A DNA stretch of 28,043 bases, from positions 1 through 28,043 of IMG/VR virus record IMGVR_UViG_3300044949_001396. One strand, given 5' to 3'. Shown here in pieces: positions 16,843 to 26,800 of the stretch. This stretch comes from a virus (lineage: Duplodnaviria > Caudoviricetes). The notes beneath the pieces were generated by a model. That model was not told where the DNA came from and searched no databases. It saw only the letters and a program-made list of their open reading frames with translations. A program made the position numbers and the translations under genes. Numbering within the stretch: the first letter of the stretch is position 1; every line of letters starts with the position of its first letter.

Positions 16843-17127
16843 ATGTCTAAAGAAAACAGTCAGTTAACGTCAATCGTCGCGCGGATCGAAAAGCTTGAAG
16901 ATGAGAAGTCGGCCATCGCCGAGGACATCAAGGAGGTCTACGCCGAGGCCAAGGGGAATGGCTTTGACGTGAAGATCTTGAGAAAGATCATCGCCATGCG
17001 GAAGCAGGACGCGGACAAGCGGCGCGAGGAGCAGGCGGTTATTGCCGTCTACATGCAGGAGCTGGGCATGCTTGCCGACACGCCGCTCGGTCAGGCGGCC
17101 CTTGAGCGTGCGAGGGCGAAGTCATGA
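16843..17127 (+). CDS. gapR: GapR-like nucleoid-associated protein (DUF2312/UPF0335)
   Basis: QLTSIVARIEKLEDEK..IAEDIKEVYAEAKGNGFDVKILRKIIAMRK, a near-canonical GapR sequence. Confidence 0.92.
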   Translation: MSKENSQLTSIVARIEKLEDEKSAIAEDIKEVYAEAKGNGFDVKILRKIIAMRKQDADKRREEQAVIAVYMQELGMLADTPLGQAALERARAKS

Positions 17128-17342
17128 TCTTGAGCATTGCTGTCGCCGTACTCATCTACGTTCTGATCGGCTTTGTCTTTGCCTTGTCCGTCTACGTCAC
17201 TCATGATGGCGATAGGCAGGAGGACGATGTGATCTGCGACTTTTTCCTGTGGCCGATCCTGCTGCTGGGCGCGATCCTTGTGTTGTCGGCTAAGATGACG
17301 AGATCTGTCGGAAACCGGATCCTCAAGCTGCGAAAGACCTAA
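17124..17342 (+). CDS. Small membrane protein (two hydrophobic helices)
   Basis: Two hydrophobic segments, FFLWP motif, basic tail. Confidence 0.7.
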   Translation: MILSIAVAVLIYVLIGFVFALSVYVTHDGDRQEDDVICDFFLWPILLLGAILVLSAKMTRSVGNRILKLRKT

Positions 17343-17345
17343 AAC

Positions 17346-17849
17346 ATGCCGCGCTTCAAACCCACGCCAGAAAAGCCCTTCCCCGGCAAGCCGGGGAGGC
17401 CCTCGACGTTCTCGCAGGAGATCGCTGACGAGATCGTCAGGCGCATGATCGAAGGGGAAAACCTCACCCAGATCTGCAAGGATCCGAACATGCCGCCGAG
17501 GGTGACGGTGTATGCGTGGTTTGACAGCCGCCCCGAATTTTATGCCCGGTGCGCGCGCGCGAGGGAGGCTCTCGCTGACTATCTTGTTGATGAGATTGAA
17601 GAAATCGCTGCGAGCGCAACGCCCGAGACGATGGATAAAGTGAAGCTGATCGTCTCAACAAAGCAGTGGCGGGCGATGAAGATCGCCCCCCGCATTTACA
17701 GCGACAGAAACAAGACAGAAGTCTCTGGCGCTGACGGCGGCCCGATCAAAATGCAGGCCGAGGTTATCGACGCAACACGATTAGAGCCGGAGCAGCGCGA
17801 GGCGCTGAAGCAGGCGCTGCTGGCGGCAAAGGGGAAAACCAATGAATAG
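17346..17849 (+). CDS. terS: Terminase small subunit (Sf6-like HTH)
   Basis: GRPSTFSQEIADEI...GENLTQIC...MP...TVYAW, EVSGADGGPI. Confidence 0.88.
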   Translation: MPRFKPTPEKPFPGKPGRPSTFSQEIADEIVRRMIEGENLTQICKDPNMPPRVTVYAWFDSRPEFYARCARAREALADYLVDEIEEIAASATPETMDKVKLIVSTKQWRAMKIAPRIYSDRNKTEVSGADGGPIKMQAEVIDATRLEPEQREALKQALLAAKGKTNE

Positions 17850-18099
17850 GCAGGAATTGGATGAAGCGTTCAGGGATGCTTTGAAGGAAGTGGGCGAAGA
17901 CCCGGAGGGGTTCGTGATCTCCCATGTGGCGGCGATGAGTTCGATGGTGATGCTCAGGGCCGCCCTGCTGGCGATCATTGAAAACCCGAGCTACGCGAAG
18001 AGGATGGCCGTGTACGCGCTGGAGCAGGCCGAAGAATTTACCCCGCGAGAGATCGCTAAGTCTCTCGGGATGAGTTCGTTTGGGGAGACAGTCAACTAA
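17842..18099 (+). CDS. Hypothetical protein
   Basis: Overlaps both neighbours in the operon. Confidence 0.7.
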   Translation: MNRQELDEAFRDALKEVGEDPEGFVISHVAAMSSMVMLRAALLAIIENPSYAKRMAVYALEQAEEFTPREIAKSLGMSSFGETVN

Positions 18100-19184
18100 T
18101 GATTGACCTTCGATATGGAGACTGCCTCGACGTGCTGAAGGCACTGCCAGACAACAGCGTGGATGCGATTGTAACCGATCCGCCTTATGGCCTGAGCTTC
18201 ATGGGCAAGAAGTGGGATTATGATGTCCCTAGCGAGGACGTTTGGCGCGAGTGCTTGCGCGTGTTGAAGCCGGGCGGTCACTTGCTGGCGTTCGCCGGTA
18301 CGCGGACGCAACACCGCATGGCGGTTCGTATCGAGGACGCGGGCTTTGAAATCCGCGACATGATTGCATGGCTTTACGGGAGCGGGTTTCCGAAATCTCT
18401 CGACGTATCGAAGGCGATTGACAAGGCGGCTGGGGCGAAGCGTGAGGTCGTTGGTTTCGATGCGTCCAAGTTTCGCTCGAACCGCGTTAATCGCGGGTTG
18501 GTGAACTCGGCGGGCGGAAGCGGCTTTCATGCCGATAACGGCGCCACAATCACCGCCCCCGCCACAGACGCCGCCCGCCAATGGCAAGGCTGGGGGACCG
18601 CTCTAAAGCCCGCCATGGAGCCGGTCACTGTTGCTCGCAAGCCGTTGGTTGGAACGGTTGCCGAAAACGTGCTTGCGCATGGAACAGGAGCGATCAATGT
18701 GGACGGGTGTAGGGTGAACAGCGGAGGAACGCACAGTAGCGCCAAAAGTGCTGGACTAGGCAGGGGGCACGGTCAACACAAAGGTCATGGCCGTTATAAC
18801 GGGGTCGGAGGCGTCGTCATTCCGCCGCACCCCGAAGGCCGCTGGCCCGCGAACGTCATTCACGATGGGAGCGATGAGCCGGTCAGGTTGCTGGGGAACG
18901 CCGCCCGTTTCTTCTATTGCGCCAAGGCCGCGAAAAAAGATCGCGGCAGAGGTAACAATCATCCGACCGTCAAGCCCACCGACTTGATGCGTTACCTAGT
19001 GCGTCTCGTAACGCCGCCCGGCGGCGTGGTGCTGGACCCGTTCATGGGCAGTGGATCAACCGGCAAGGCTGCAAAGCTGGAGGGGTTTGGCTTCATAGGG
19101 ATTGAGCGAGAAGAACAATACATTGAAATAGCCCGCGCCAGAATTGACGCTGCGCGGCCAGTTATGGGGATGCTCGATGTCTAG
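18099..19184 (+). CDS. Orphan N4-C/N6-A DNA methyltransferase (beta class)
   Basis: IVTDPPY precedes HPTVKP and VLDPFMGSGSTG. Confidence 0.92.
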   Translation: MIDLRYGDCLDVLKALPDNSVDAIVTDPPYGLSFMGKKWDYDVPSEDVWRECLRVLKPGGHLLAFAGTRTQHRMAVRIEDAGFEIRDMIAWLYGSGFPKSLDVSKAIDKAAGAKREVVGFDASKFRSNRVNRGLVNSAGGSGFHADNGATITAPATDAARQWQGWGTALKPAMEPVTVARKPLVGTVAENVLAHGTGAINVDGCRVNSGGTHSSAKSAGLGRGHGQHKGHGRYNGVGGVVIPPHPEGRWPANVIHDGSDEPVRLLGNAARFFYCAKAAKKDRGRGNNHPTVKPTDLMRYLVRLVTPPGGVVLDPFMGSGSTGKAAKLEGFGFIGIEREEQYIEIARARIDAARPVMGMLDV

Positions 19185-19416
19185 CACTCTCGTTTCTACC
19201 GGCTGGCACTGGCAGTATGGCTGGTTGCGCCGCCCGGACCTCGATGACGCCAACGGCTACTGCTACGAGGAGCCAGACGGAGATCTCGTCTACACTCAGT
19301 CGCTACGCCATCGAAAGGCCATGCGGCTCGCGTGCTGGCGAGAGGAAAGCACTGGCGAGACATATCTCGCCATGTGTCATGCGCCGTGTAAAACTCACAA
19401 GTTGGCGAAGGGATAG
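19177..19416 (+). CDS. Hypothetical protein
   Basis: MSSTLVSTGWHWQYGWLRRP. Overlaps the methyltransferase stop. Confidence 0.65.
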   Translation: MSSTLVSTGWHWQYGWLRRPDLDDANGYCYEEPDGDLVYTQSLRHRKAMRLACWREESTGETYLAMCHAPCKTHKLAKG

Positions 19417-19419
19417 GTT

Positions 19420-19707
19420 ATGAGCGAAGCATCAATGAGCAAAGAAGACGCCGATCATGTGTTCGGGGTTTGTGCTGCGTTTGGGGCTTGGCGCTCAATA
19501 GATAGCGCGCCAAAAGATGGAACGTCGGTTCTTCTTGCTTGTAACTATGACCGTCTAGGGAAGCAGCGCATAACTTTGGCTTGGTATGAAAGGGGAATGT
19601 GGGCAGAGGGAATGTATTGGGATGATGACGCCGATGACTGGTCGGTGGCGCAATGTGAATTTCGGCCTACTCATTGGATGCCATTGCCCGAGCCTCCAAG
19701 CCTATGA
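19420..19707 (+). CDS. DUF551-like protein
   Basis: WRSIDSAPKDGT...PTHWMPLPEPP. Confidence 0.85.
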   Translation: MSEASMSKEDADHVFGVCAAFGAWRSIDSAPKDGTSVLLACNYDRLGKQRITLAWYERGMWAEGMYWDDDADDWSVAQCEFRPTHWMPLPEPPSL

Positions 19708-21335
19708 TCCTCAATTTCCAAGGCAAGCTAATCGATATTGAAGGCCAGCTACTCTCCATCTCCAAAGCGGAGTGCGAGGAGTCGCTGGCCGAGTTCGTTC
19801 GGCAATCGTGGCACATCATCGAGCCCGGGGCCGAGTACGTCCACGGCTGGCATATCGACTTCATCGCGGAGCATCTGGAGGCCATCACTGATGGCGTCGA
19901 ACTAGATGATGGCTCGCCCTACAACCGCCTGCTGGTGAACGTGCCGCCCGGCACGATGAAATCGCTCATCACGAACGTATTTTGGCCCGCGTGGGAGTGG
20001 GGACCGCGCAACATGGCGCACCTGCGCTACGTCTGCGCGTCGCACTCGCAAGACCTCGCCGTGCGCGACGGGCTGCGCATGCGCCGCCTTATATCGTCCG
20101 ACTGGTATCAGGAGCGGTGGGGCGAGCGCGTCACGCTGACCGGCGACCAGAACCAGAAGACCAAGTTCGAGAACACGGCGACCGGCTTCCGGCAGGCCGC
20201 AGCCGCCGGATCCATCACGGGTGCGCGCGGTGATCGGGTCATCATTGACGACCCGCATAGCGTGGACGGGGCGAACTCTGACGCCATGCGGCGTTCGACC
20301 GTCGAGTGGTTTCTCGAAGCCGTCCCGACCCGTCTCAACAACCCGAAGCGCAGCGCCATCGTGGTGATCATGCAGCGCCTGCACGAGGAGGACGTGTCTG
20401 GCGTTATCATCGACAAGGGGCTCGGCTACGATCACATCATGCTGCCCATGCGGTACGACACGACGCGCCACTGCGTGACTAAGCTGGGCGTCGAGGATCC
20501 GCGCACCATGGACGGCGAGTTGCTGTTCCCGGCCCGGTTCCCCTTGGACGTGGTGGACCGTGACGAGCGCGTCATGGGGCCATACGCGACCGCCGGTCAA
20601 TTCCAGCAGCAGCCCACGCCCCGAGGCGGCGGCGTCATCAAGGCCGACTGGTGGAAGCTCTGGGAGGCTGACGCCTACCCGCCCATGGACTACGTGATCG
20701 CCAGCCTCGACACGGCCTACACGACCAAACAAGAAAACGACTTCAGCGCCCTGACTGTCTGGGGCGTGTTCTCGTCCGACACGTCTGTCGCCATCGCCAA
20801 CAGGATCGCTCGCCGGGACGGCGAGGGGATCTCGGAGATCCAGCGCACCTACGTCGAGGGCGCGCCCCGCGTGATCCTCATGTCGGCGTGGCAGGAGCGC
20901 ATTGAGCTGTCGGACCTCATCGAGAAGGTGGCGAGCACCTGCCAGCGCATGCGCGTGGACAAGCTCCTGATCGAGAGCAAGGCCGCCGGGATCAGCGTGG
21001 CGCAGGAGCTGCGCCGCCTGTATGGCGGAGAGGACTGGGGCGTCCAACTGGTCAACCCGGGATCCATCGACAAGCTGGCCCGGCTCTACAGCGTCCAGCA
21101 TCTGTTCAGCGAGGGGTTGATCTACGCCCCGGACCGGGGCTGGGCAGACACGGTGATCCGCCAGTGCGAGGTCTTCCCGAAGGGCAAGCATGACGACCTC
21201 GTTGACACCGTGGCCATGGGCCTGCGACACCTGCGCGAGCTTGGGCTGCTGTCCCGCGCTGCGGAACGGTCTGCCGAGATTGAAGATCAGCTTATGCACC
21301 GGAGCGGGCCGCCCGCGCCGCTGTATCCCATTTAG
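19704..21335 (+). CDS. terL: Terminase large subunit
   Basis: NVPPGTMKS, ITGARGD.VIIDDP, IMQRLHEED, SLDTAY, FPKGKHDDLVD. Confidence 0.95.
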   Translation: MILNFQGKLIDIEGQLLSISKAECEESLAEFVRQSWHIIEPGAEYVHGWHIDFIAEHLEAITDGVELDDGSPYNRLLVNVPPGTMKSLITNVFWPAWEWGPRNMAHLRYVCASHSQDLAVRDGLRMRRLISSDWYQERWGERVTLTGDQNQKTKFENTATGFRQAAAAGSITGARGDRVIIDDPHSVDGANSDAMRRSTVEWFLEAVPTRLNNPKRSAIVVIMQRLHEEDVSGVIIDKGLGYDHIMLPMRYDTTRHCVTKLGVEDPRTMDGELLFPARFPLDVVDRDERVMGPYATAGQFQQQPTPRGGGVIKADWWKLWEADAYPPMDYVIASLDTAYTTKQENDFSALTVWGVFSSDTSVAIANRIARRDGEGISEIQRTYVEGAPRVILMSAWQERIELSDLIEKVASTCQRMRVDKLLIESKAAGISVAQELRRLYGGEDWGVQLVNPGSIDKLARLYSVQHLFSEGLIYAPDRGWADTVIRQCEVFPKGKHDDLVDTVAMGLRHLRELGLLSRAAERSAEIEDQLMHRSGPPAPLYPI

Positions 21336-21350
21336 CTTGAGGCTGCTGTT

Positions 21351-21566
21351 ATGTCTGAGAGAATACTGTGCCGGGCGACTGTAGATGTGGAGACATCGCC
21401 CGTTCCGGGAAGACTTGGCCGGTTCTCGGTCGAGGTCTTCGGGGATCCGCCGCACGACTATGTGCGCACCTATACCATACAAGCGAAGTCTGATACTATG
21501 GCGGCGCAGGAGGGTCTGCGGCGCTTTGTTGAAGACATAGAGCGTTTGCTGTCTGAAAAGGCGTAA
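21351..21566 (+). CDS. Hypothetical protein
   Basis: GAGG RBS. Fills the gap between terL and portal. Confidence 0.7.
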   Translation: MSERILCRATVDVETSPVPGRLGRFSVEVFGDPPHDYVRTYTIQAKSDTMAAQEGLRRFVEDIERLLSEKA

Positions 21567-21568
21567 AA

Positions 21569-23824
21569 ATGGCCGGTCTCGTAAATCCCAACATCCGTTT
21601 GCCGGGCTTTGAGATGCCCGAGGTGATTATTGAGGCCGGTCAGGACGTGCCCGACGTAGACACGAAGGGCAACATTCTGCGCATCGAGCACGCCGACGGA
21701 TCGGTGTCCGTCAGCCTCGACGGCAAGCCGATTGACGGCCCGGGCGCTCGGGGGCCGACCGGCTGGTTCGACAATCTGGTCGATGACATCGACAGCATGG
21801 AGCTGGGCCGGATCGCGGACGATCTCCTGCGCGGGATCGATGACGACCTGCGCAGCCGCCAAGAGTGGATTGACGACCGGGCGCAGGGCATCAACCTGCT
21901 GGGCCTCAAGATCGAGATCCCCGGGCTTCAGGGTGCGTCCGACGGCGCTCCCGTCGAGGGTATGAGCAAGGTCCGTCACCCGCTGTTGCTGGAGGCGGTG
22001 CTGCGCTTTCAGGCCAATGCGCGCTCTGAGCTTCTGCCCACCGACGGGCCGGTGAAGATCCGCAACGACAACAACAACGCCAACCTCCAGCAGGACCAGC
22101 TTGCGCGGGCTCTGGAGCGCGACCTGAACCATTACCTGACGGACGTGGCGTCCGAGTATTATCCCGACACCGACCGCATGCTCCTCATGCTCGGCTTCGG
22201 CGGGACCGCGTTTAAAAAAGTCTACTTCTGCCCGCTCAGGAACAGGCCGGTCAGCGAGACCGTCGATGCCGACGATTTGATTGTAAACAATGCTGCAACA
22301 GATCTGAAGAACGCGAAGCGGATCACGCATCGGGTTTATATGAAGCCCTCGACGGTGCGCCGCTTGCAGCTTCTGGGGGTCTATCGGGACATCGACCTGT
22401 CCCAACCTAAGGCCGCCAACCTCGACGCTGTGCAGCGCGCTCAGCGCGCCACGCAGGGCATTGCGGACACCTCCAGCAACCCTGACGACCGCGACCGCGA
22501 GATCTACGAGTGCTACTGCGAGTTGGACATTCGCGGCTTCGAGCATCGCTTCAGGGGCAAGGAAACGGGGCTGGAGATTCCCTACCGCGTCACTATTGAC
22601 CTCTCGACGCGCGAGATCCTGTCCATCGTCCGCAACTACGATGAGGACGAGGCGGAGCTGCCCGAAGCCCGCACGAACTTCGTGAAGTACACGTTCGTCC
22701 CCGGCTTCGGCTTCTACGACATCGGGCTCCTTCATATTCTGGGCAACACCACCAACGCGGCGACGGCTGGATGGCGCGAGATGCTCGATGCCGGGATGTA
22801 CGCCAACTTCCCCGGCTTCCTGATGGCAGACACGGGCGGCAGGCAAAACACAAACATCTTCCGCGTGCCTCCGGGCGGCGGGGCTCTAGTGAAGACCGGC
22901 GGCTTGCCGATCAGTCAGGCGATCATGCCGCTGCCCTACAAGGAGCCCGGCCAAGCCCTGATGAACCTGATCTCCAACATGGTGGAGACGGGCCAGCGCG
23001 TTGGTGGGACGGCTGAAGTCGCCGTTGGCGAGGGCCGGGCCGACGCCCCCGTTGGCACCACACTCGCCCTCATCGATCAGGCGACCAAGGTGCTCAATTC
23101 GGTCCACAAGCGCATGCACGCGGCGCAGGCCGAGGAGTTCAAGCTGCTGGTTCGGTGCTTCAAGGAGAACCCGGAGAGCTTCTGGCAGCGTTGCAACAAG
23201 CCGACAATCCAGTGGGACGAGCAGACGTTCCTCAAGGCCATCAACGACTGCGATCTGGTCCCGCAGGCCGACCCCAACACGGCGAGCCAGACCCAGCGCA
23301 TGATGAAGATCATGGGGCTGAAGCAGCTTCAGCAGGCCAGCCCGTCGCTGTACGATCCAATTGCGATTGATAGCGCCGCCTTGCAGGCCATGGGCTGGAG
23401 CAACCCGCAGCAGTTTATGGTGCCGCCCTCCTCGCTTCAGCAGAAAGATCCGCCCGAGGTCGAGTACGCCAAGGCGAAGCTGGCCATCGAAAAGCAGAAG
23501 GCCGACGCCGACACCATGCGGGCGCAGGCCGACGTGCAGAAGACGATGGCCGAGGCCGGAGGCCAGCAGGAAGGCCAGCCCGATCCGCTCAAGGTGGCGG
23601 AGTTGCAGCTTCGCGAGCGCGAAATGGCCTTCAAGGGGCAGGAAGCGGAGCTTGAGTCCCTCAATCGCGAGCGCGAGCGCGAGAGCCGCGAGCGTCTCGC
23701 CGCCGTGCGCTTGGCGCAGGACATTGCCAAGAACCCGATGGGCCTGCCCATCGTCCAGAACATGCTCGATCCGGCGATGCTACAGCGTCTCCAGAGCAAC
23801 GAGCCCCCGCTGACGGAGCAGTAA
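21569..23824 (+). CDS. Portal protein (P22-like podoviral type)
   Basis: 751 aa after terL. HPLLLEAVLRFQA, GTAFKKVY, GFGFYDIGL and a C-terminal coiled-coil barrel. Confidence 0.88.
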   Translation: MAGLVNPNIRLPGFEMPEVIIEAGQDVPDVDTKGNILRIEHADGSVSVSLDGKPIDGPGARGPTGWFDNLVDDIDSMELGRIADDLLRGIDDDLRSRQEWIDDRAQGINLLGLKIEIPGLQGASDGAPVEGMSKVRHPLLLEAVLRFQANARSELLPTDGPVKIRNDNNNANLQQDQLARALERDLNHYLTDVASEYYPDTDRMLLMLGFGGTAFKKVYFCPLRNRPVSETVDADDLIVNNAATDLKNAKRITHRVYMKPSTVRRLQLLGVYRDIDLSQPKAANLDAVQRAQRATQGIADTSSNPDDRDREIYECYCELDIRGFEHRFRGKETGLEIPYRVTIDLSTREILSIVRNYDEDEAELPEARTNFVKYTFVPGFGFYDIGLLHILGNTTNAATAGWREMLDAGMYANFPGFLMADTGGRQNTNIFRVPPGGGALVKTGGLPISQAIMPLPYKEPGQALMNLISNMVETGQRVGGTAEVAVGEGRADAPVGTTLALIDQATKVLNSVHKRMHAAQAEEFKLLVRCFKENPESFWQRCNKPTIQWDEQTFLKAINDCDLVPQADPNTASQTQRMMKIMGLKQLQQASPSLYDPIAIDSAALQAMGWSNPQQFMVPPSSLQQKDPPEVEYAKAKLAIEKQKADADTMRAQADVQKTMAEAGGQQEGQPDPLKVAELQLREREMAFKGQEAELESLNRERERESRERLAAVRLAQDIAKNPMGLPIVQNMLDPAMLQRLQSNEPPLTEQ

Positions 23825-23825
23825 G

Positions 23826-26800
23826 ATGGCCGGAGAGAAGCTGGTTCGGCGGGCGCTAGAGGCGGTCAGGAAGCCTGCTGCTGCGCCCCGTGAGGGCATT
23901 CGCGCTTATCACAGCTCTCCTCATGACTTTGACAGGTTCGATCTGAGCAAGATCGGGACGGGTGAGGGCGCGCAAGCCTATGGGCATGGGTTGTATTTCG
24001 CAGAAAGCCCTAAAGTTAGCGGTCAGGGCGGCGATTATTGGCGACAGTTTTGGAACAAAATGCCATCTGGGCCAGAAAGATCAGCCGCGACTGCTCTTTT
24101 CGCCAATAAGTTTGATCGTGACAAAGCTATCGATCATCTTTTGAGAGACATTGAGTACAACTCTGCGCGTGGCGTTCCCGGCAAATACGGAAACGGACCT
24201 GATATTGAAGAAGGTCATCGCTTGCTGGCTCAAGAAGGCCAACAGGCGTTGGATATTTTGAGAAGTGGTCAGATTGCTGGTCCGCGCACATACGAGGTCA
24301 ATATCCGCGCCAATCCAGAGCAGTTTTTGGATTGGGACAAGCCGCTACGAGAACAGCCTGAAGTGGTGCAAAACTTTTTTCAGGCGCGCGTCAATCCAAG
24401 TAAAGGGCGAGCGTATAATGATGATGAATTTCGCTCGGCTTTTGGCAATCCGCTTTCTGGTACGCCCTATGAAGGCGCAGCAAGTTCGCGTGGATTTTTA
24501 GAGCCAATTTTGAGCGGAGGCCAAGAAAGTGCAGATTTTGTTAACTTGGTGGCAAAAAGTAACCCCGAGGCAGCATCTTCTTTGCAGGCAGCAATAGATA
24601 AATATGCTCGCTTCAATAGCCCTACTGGTGCGGATGTATATCAAGCAATCGCTCATAGTAATCGCTCAACTATTGGTTTTGTGCCATCTTTTGATAGGGG
24701 CGTGAGCGCATCTCAAGAGCTTCTTGAGGCCGGCATCCCCGGTATTAAGTATCTCGACGCCGGATCTCGCGATGCTGGTGAAGGCACTCGCAACTACGTT
24801 GTATTTGATGACAGGATGGTGGACATCATGAAGAAGTACGGCCTTCCCATGATGACCGCTGGCGCTGGGGCTGCGTCTATGGCTGACCAGCCGGTGGCGC
24901 AAGAAGAGCCCCGTGACGGCTTCGCAGACGGTGGCGTCATCCTGAAGGCGCTGCGGGCCGTTCGCGGTCTGCCGCCCGCCGAGAACTCCCGGCTGACCCA
25001 GATTGCGACCACCGGGCCGTCCTACGACAAGGCGCTCCGCCATCTGGAGCGTGCAGGTATCGAGGGCCGGGCCATCGACTATGGTGCGGGGCGAGGCCAC
25101 GGCCTGCGCAGCATCGGGGCCGACACGTTCGAGCCCTACCCGCAGGGCTGGACGCCGACGTTCACAAAGCCCGAGGACATCCCGGACGACGTGTATCGCC
25201 GCCTCGTGAACCTGAACGTGCTGAACGTGCTGGATCCGGAGGCGCGCCAGTCGGCGGTGCTCAACATGGGCCGCATCGTGGAGCCGGGCGGTGGTGGCGT
25301 GATCTCGACGCGCGGACGCGACGTGATGGCTGCTCGGGGCGAGCCGGGGCCGGAGCCCATGTCGCTCATCATCGGCGAGGGCGACAGCGCCCGCTACCAG
25401 AAGGGTTTCACGCCGCGCGAGCTGCGCGAGTATGTGGGCGACACGCTCGGCCCCCGCTTCGATGTCGAGCCCTCTGACGTGGGCGCGGCGTCGATCATGT
25501 TCCGGCGCAATCGCGAGGATGGTGGCCCCGTTGAGGAGCGCGAGGGTTATCAGAAGGGCGGCGTGATCGCGCGAGCTATCGAAGCTGCCCGAAAGGCCGT
25601 GGCCCCTAAAGACCTCCTGATGGGGATCCACAACACCGCCGAAGGCCGCAAGCTGGACATGATCGAGCGGCTTGGCGGCTTGCCGGCCCCCAGCATCGCT
25701 ATTACGAAGCCGTCGCAGGGTTACACGTCGTTTGGCGACATCTCTTTGGTTGCGCCGGTCGAGATGGTGACTCCGGGGCGAAAGACGCCGGTTTTCGGGT
25801 CTGACGTGTACTCGCCGCGCTTTCCTGACGTGGAAGATGATCAGATCTTCCGGGGCTTCACGCCCGCCGGCAGGCGTCGCTATGCGCCACTTACCATGGA
25901 AAACGTGTTGCGTGAGATGAAGGGCAACATCCGTGGCGGCGAGAGCTTCAACTATGGTCCAGCATCCATCCGGGCGCAGGTGACGCCGCAGTTTGGCTCT
26001 CTACCGGAGATGCAGGCGGCCCGAGACAAGATCATCCCGGCCAGCGAGTTTGGTGCTCAGAAGGATATGTCCGCTGAGATGATGGAGCGCTTGCGCGAGC
26101 GCTTTGAGCCATACTTTAAGCCGACTGATTCATATCGTCGATCTTGGTCAGCCTTCCCGGAGGTGCTGACTGATTATGCTCGCACGGGGAGGCCTTCTGA
26201 GTTTGCCTATGACTACAAAGACCTCCCTGCGGAGGCTTTGACTGATGCGCGCAGCTTCCTGTCTCATCTCCGCGACATGCCGACCGAGTATTTCGAGGCT
26301 AAGCCGCAGCGCGGGGTGCCCCTGAGCGAGTTTGCGGGGGCTGTTGTTCCTGCTGACGTGCCCGGAAGCGTTGTGGACCGCATTCGCAACATGGGCATCA
26401 ATCGCATTGAAGAATACGGCGATGACGCAAGCCGCGCGGCGGCCCTCATGAAGTTTGTGGGCGAGCAGGGGTTTGCGGATGGGGGCGGGGTAAAAGGTGG
26501 CCGCCTCCTCGAAGACGAGTATCCCACGCAGTACCTGCCGAACGTCGGGCGTCAGGTGATGGCGGATGGTGGTTCGCCTGCGGCAGAAAAGTACGAGGCG
26601 ATGCCCGGATTTTTCTCTCGCATGCTCGGGCTGAGTGGCGGCTCTCAGCCAGAAGCTGACATCCAGCAATACGAGAACCGCATGCGCGCTATTGCGCAGC
26701 AGCCCGAAGACATTCGGAGCATGACGCACGCGCCCAGCAAGCCGATGCGGCCCATCGAGATCGAGGGTGGCTTCATCGGCAAGCGGCAGCTCGGTGAGGC

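Noticed and set aside
18099-19184. Methyltransferase as part of a restriction-modification system
   Set aside because: No neighbouring endonuclease. Orphan methyltransferases near terminase genes are common in phages.
19902-22846. Long minus-strand ORFs (526 aa and 458 aa)
   Set aside because: Antisense shadows of terL and portal, expected from GC-rich codon bias. No motifs recognised.
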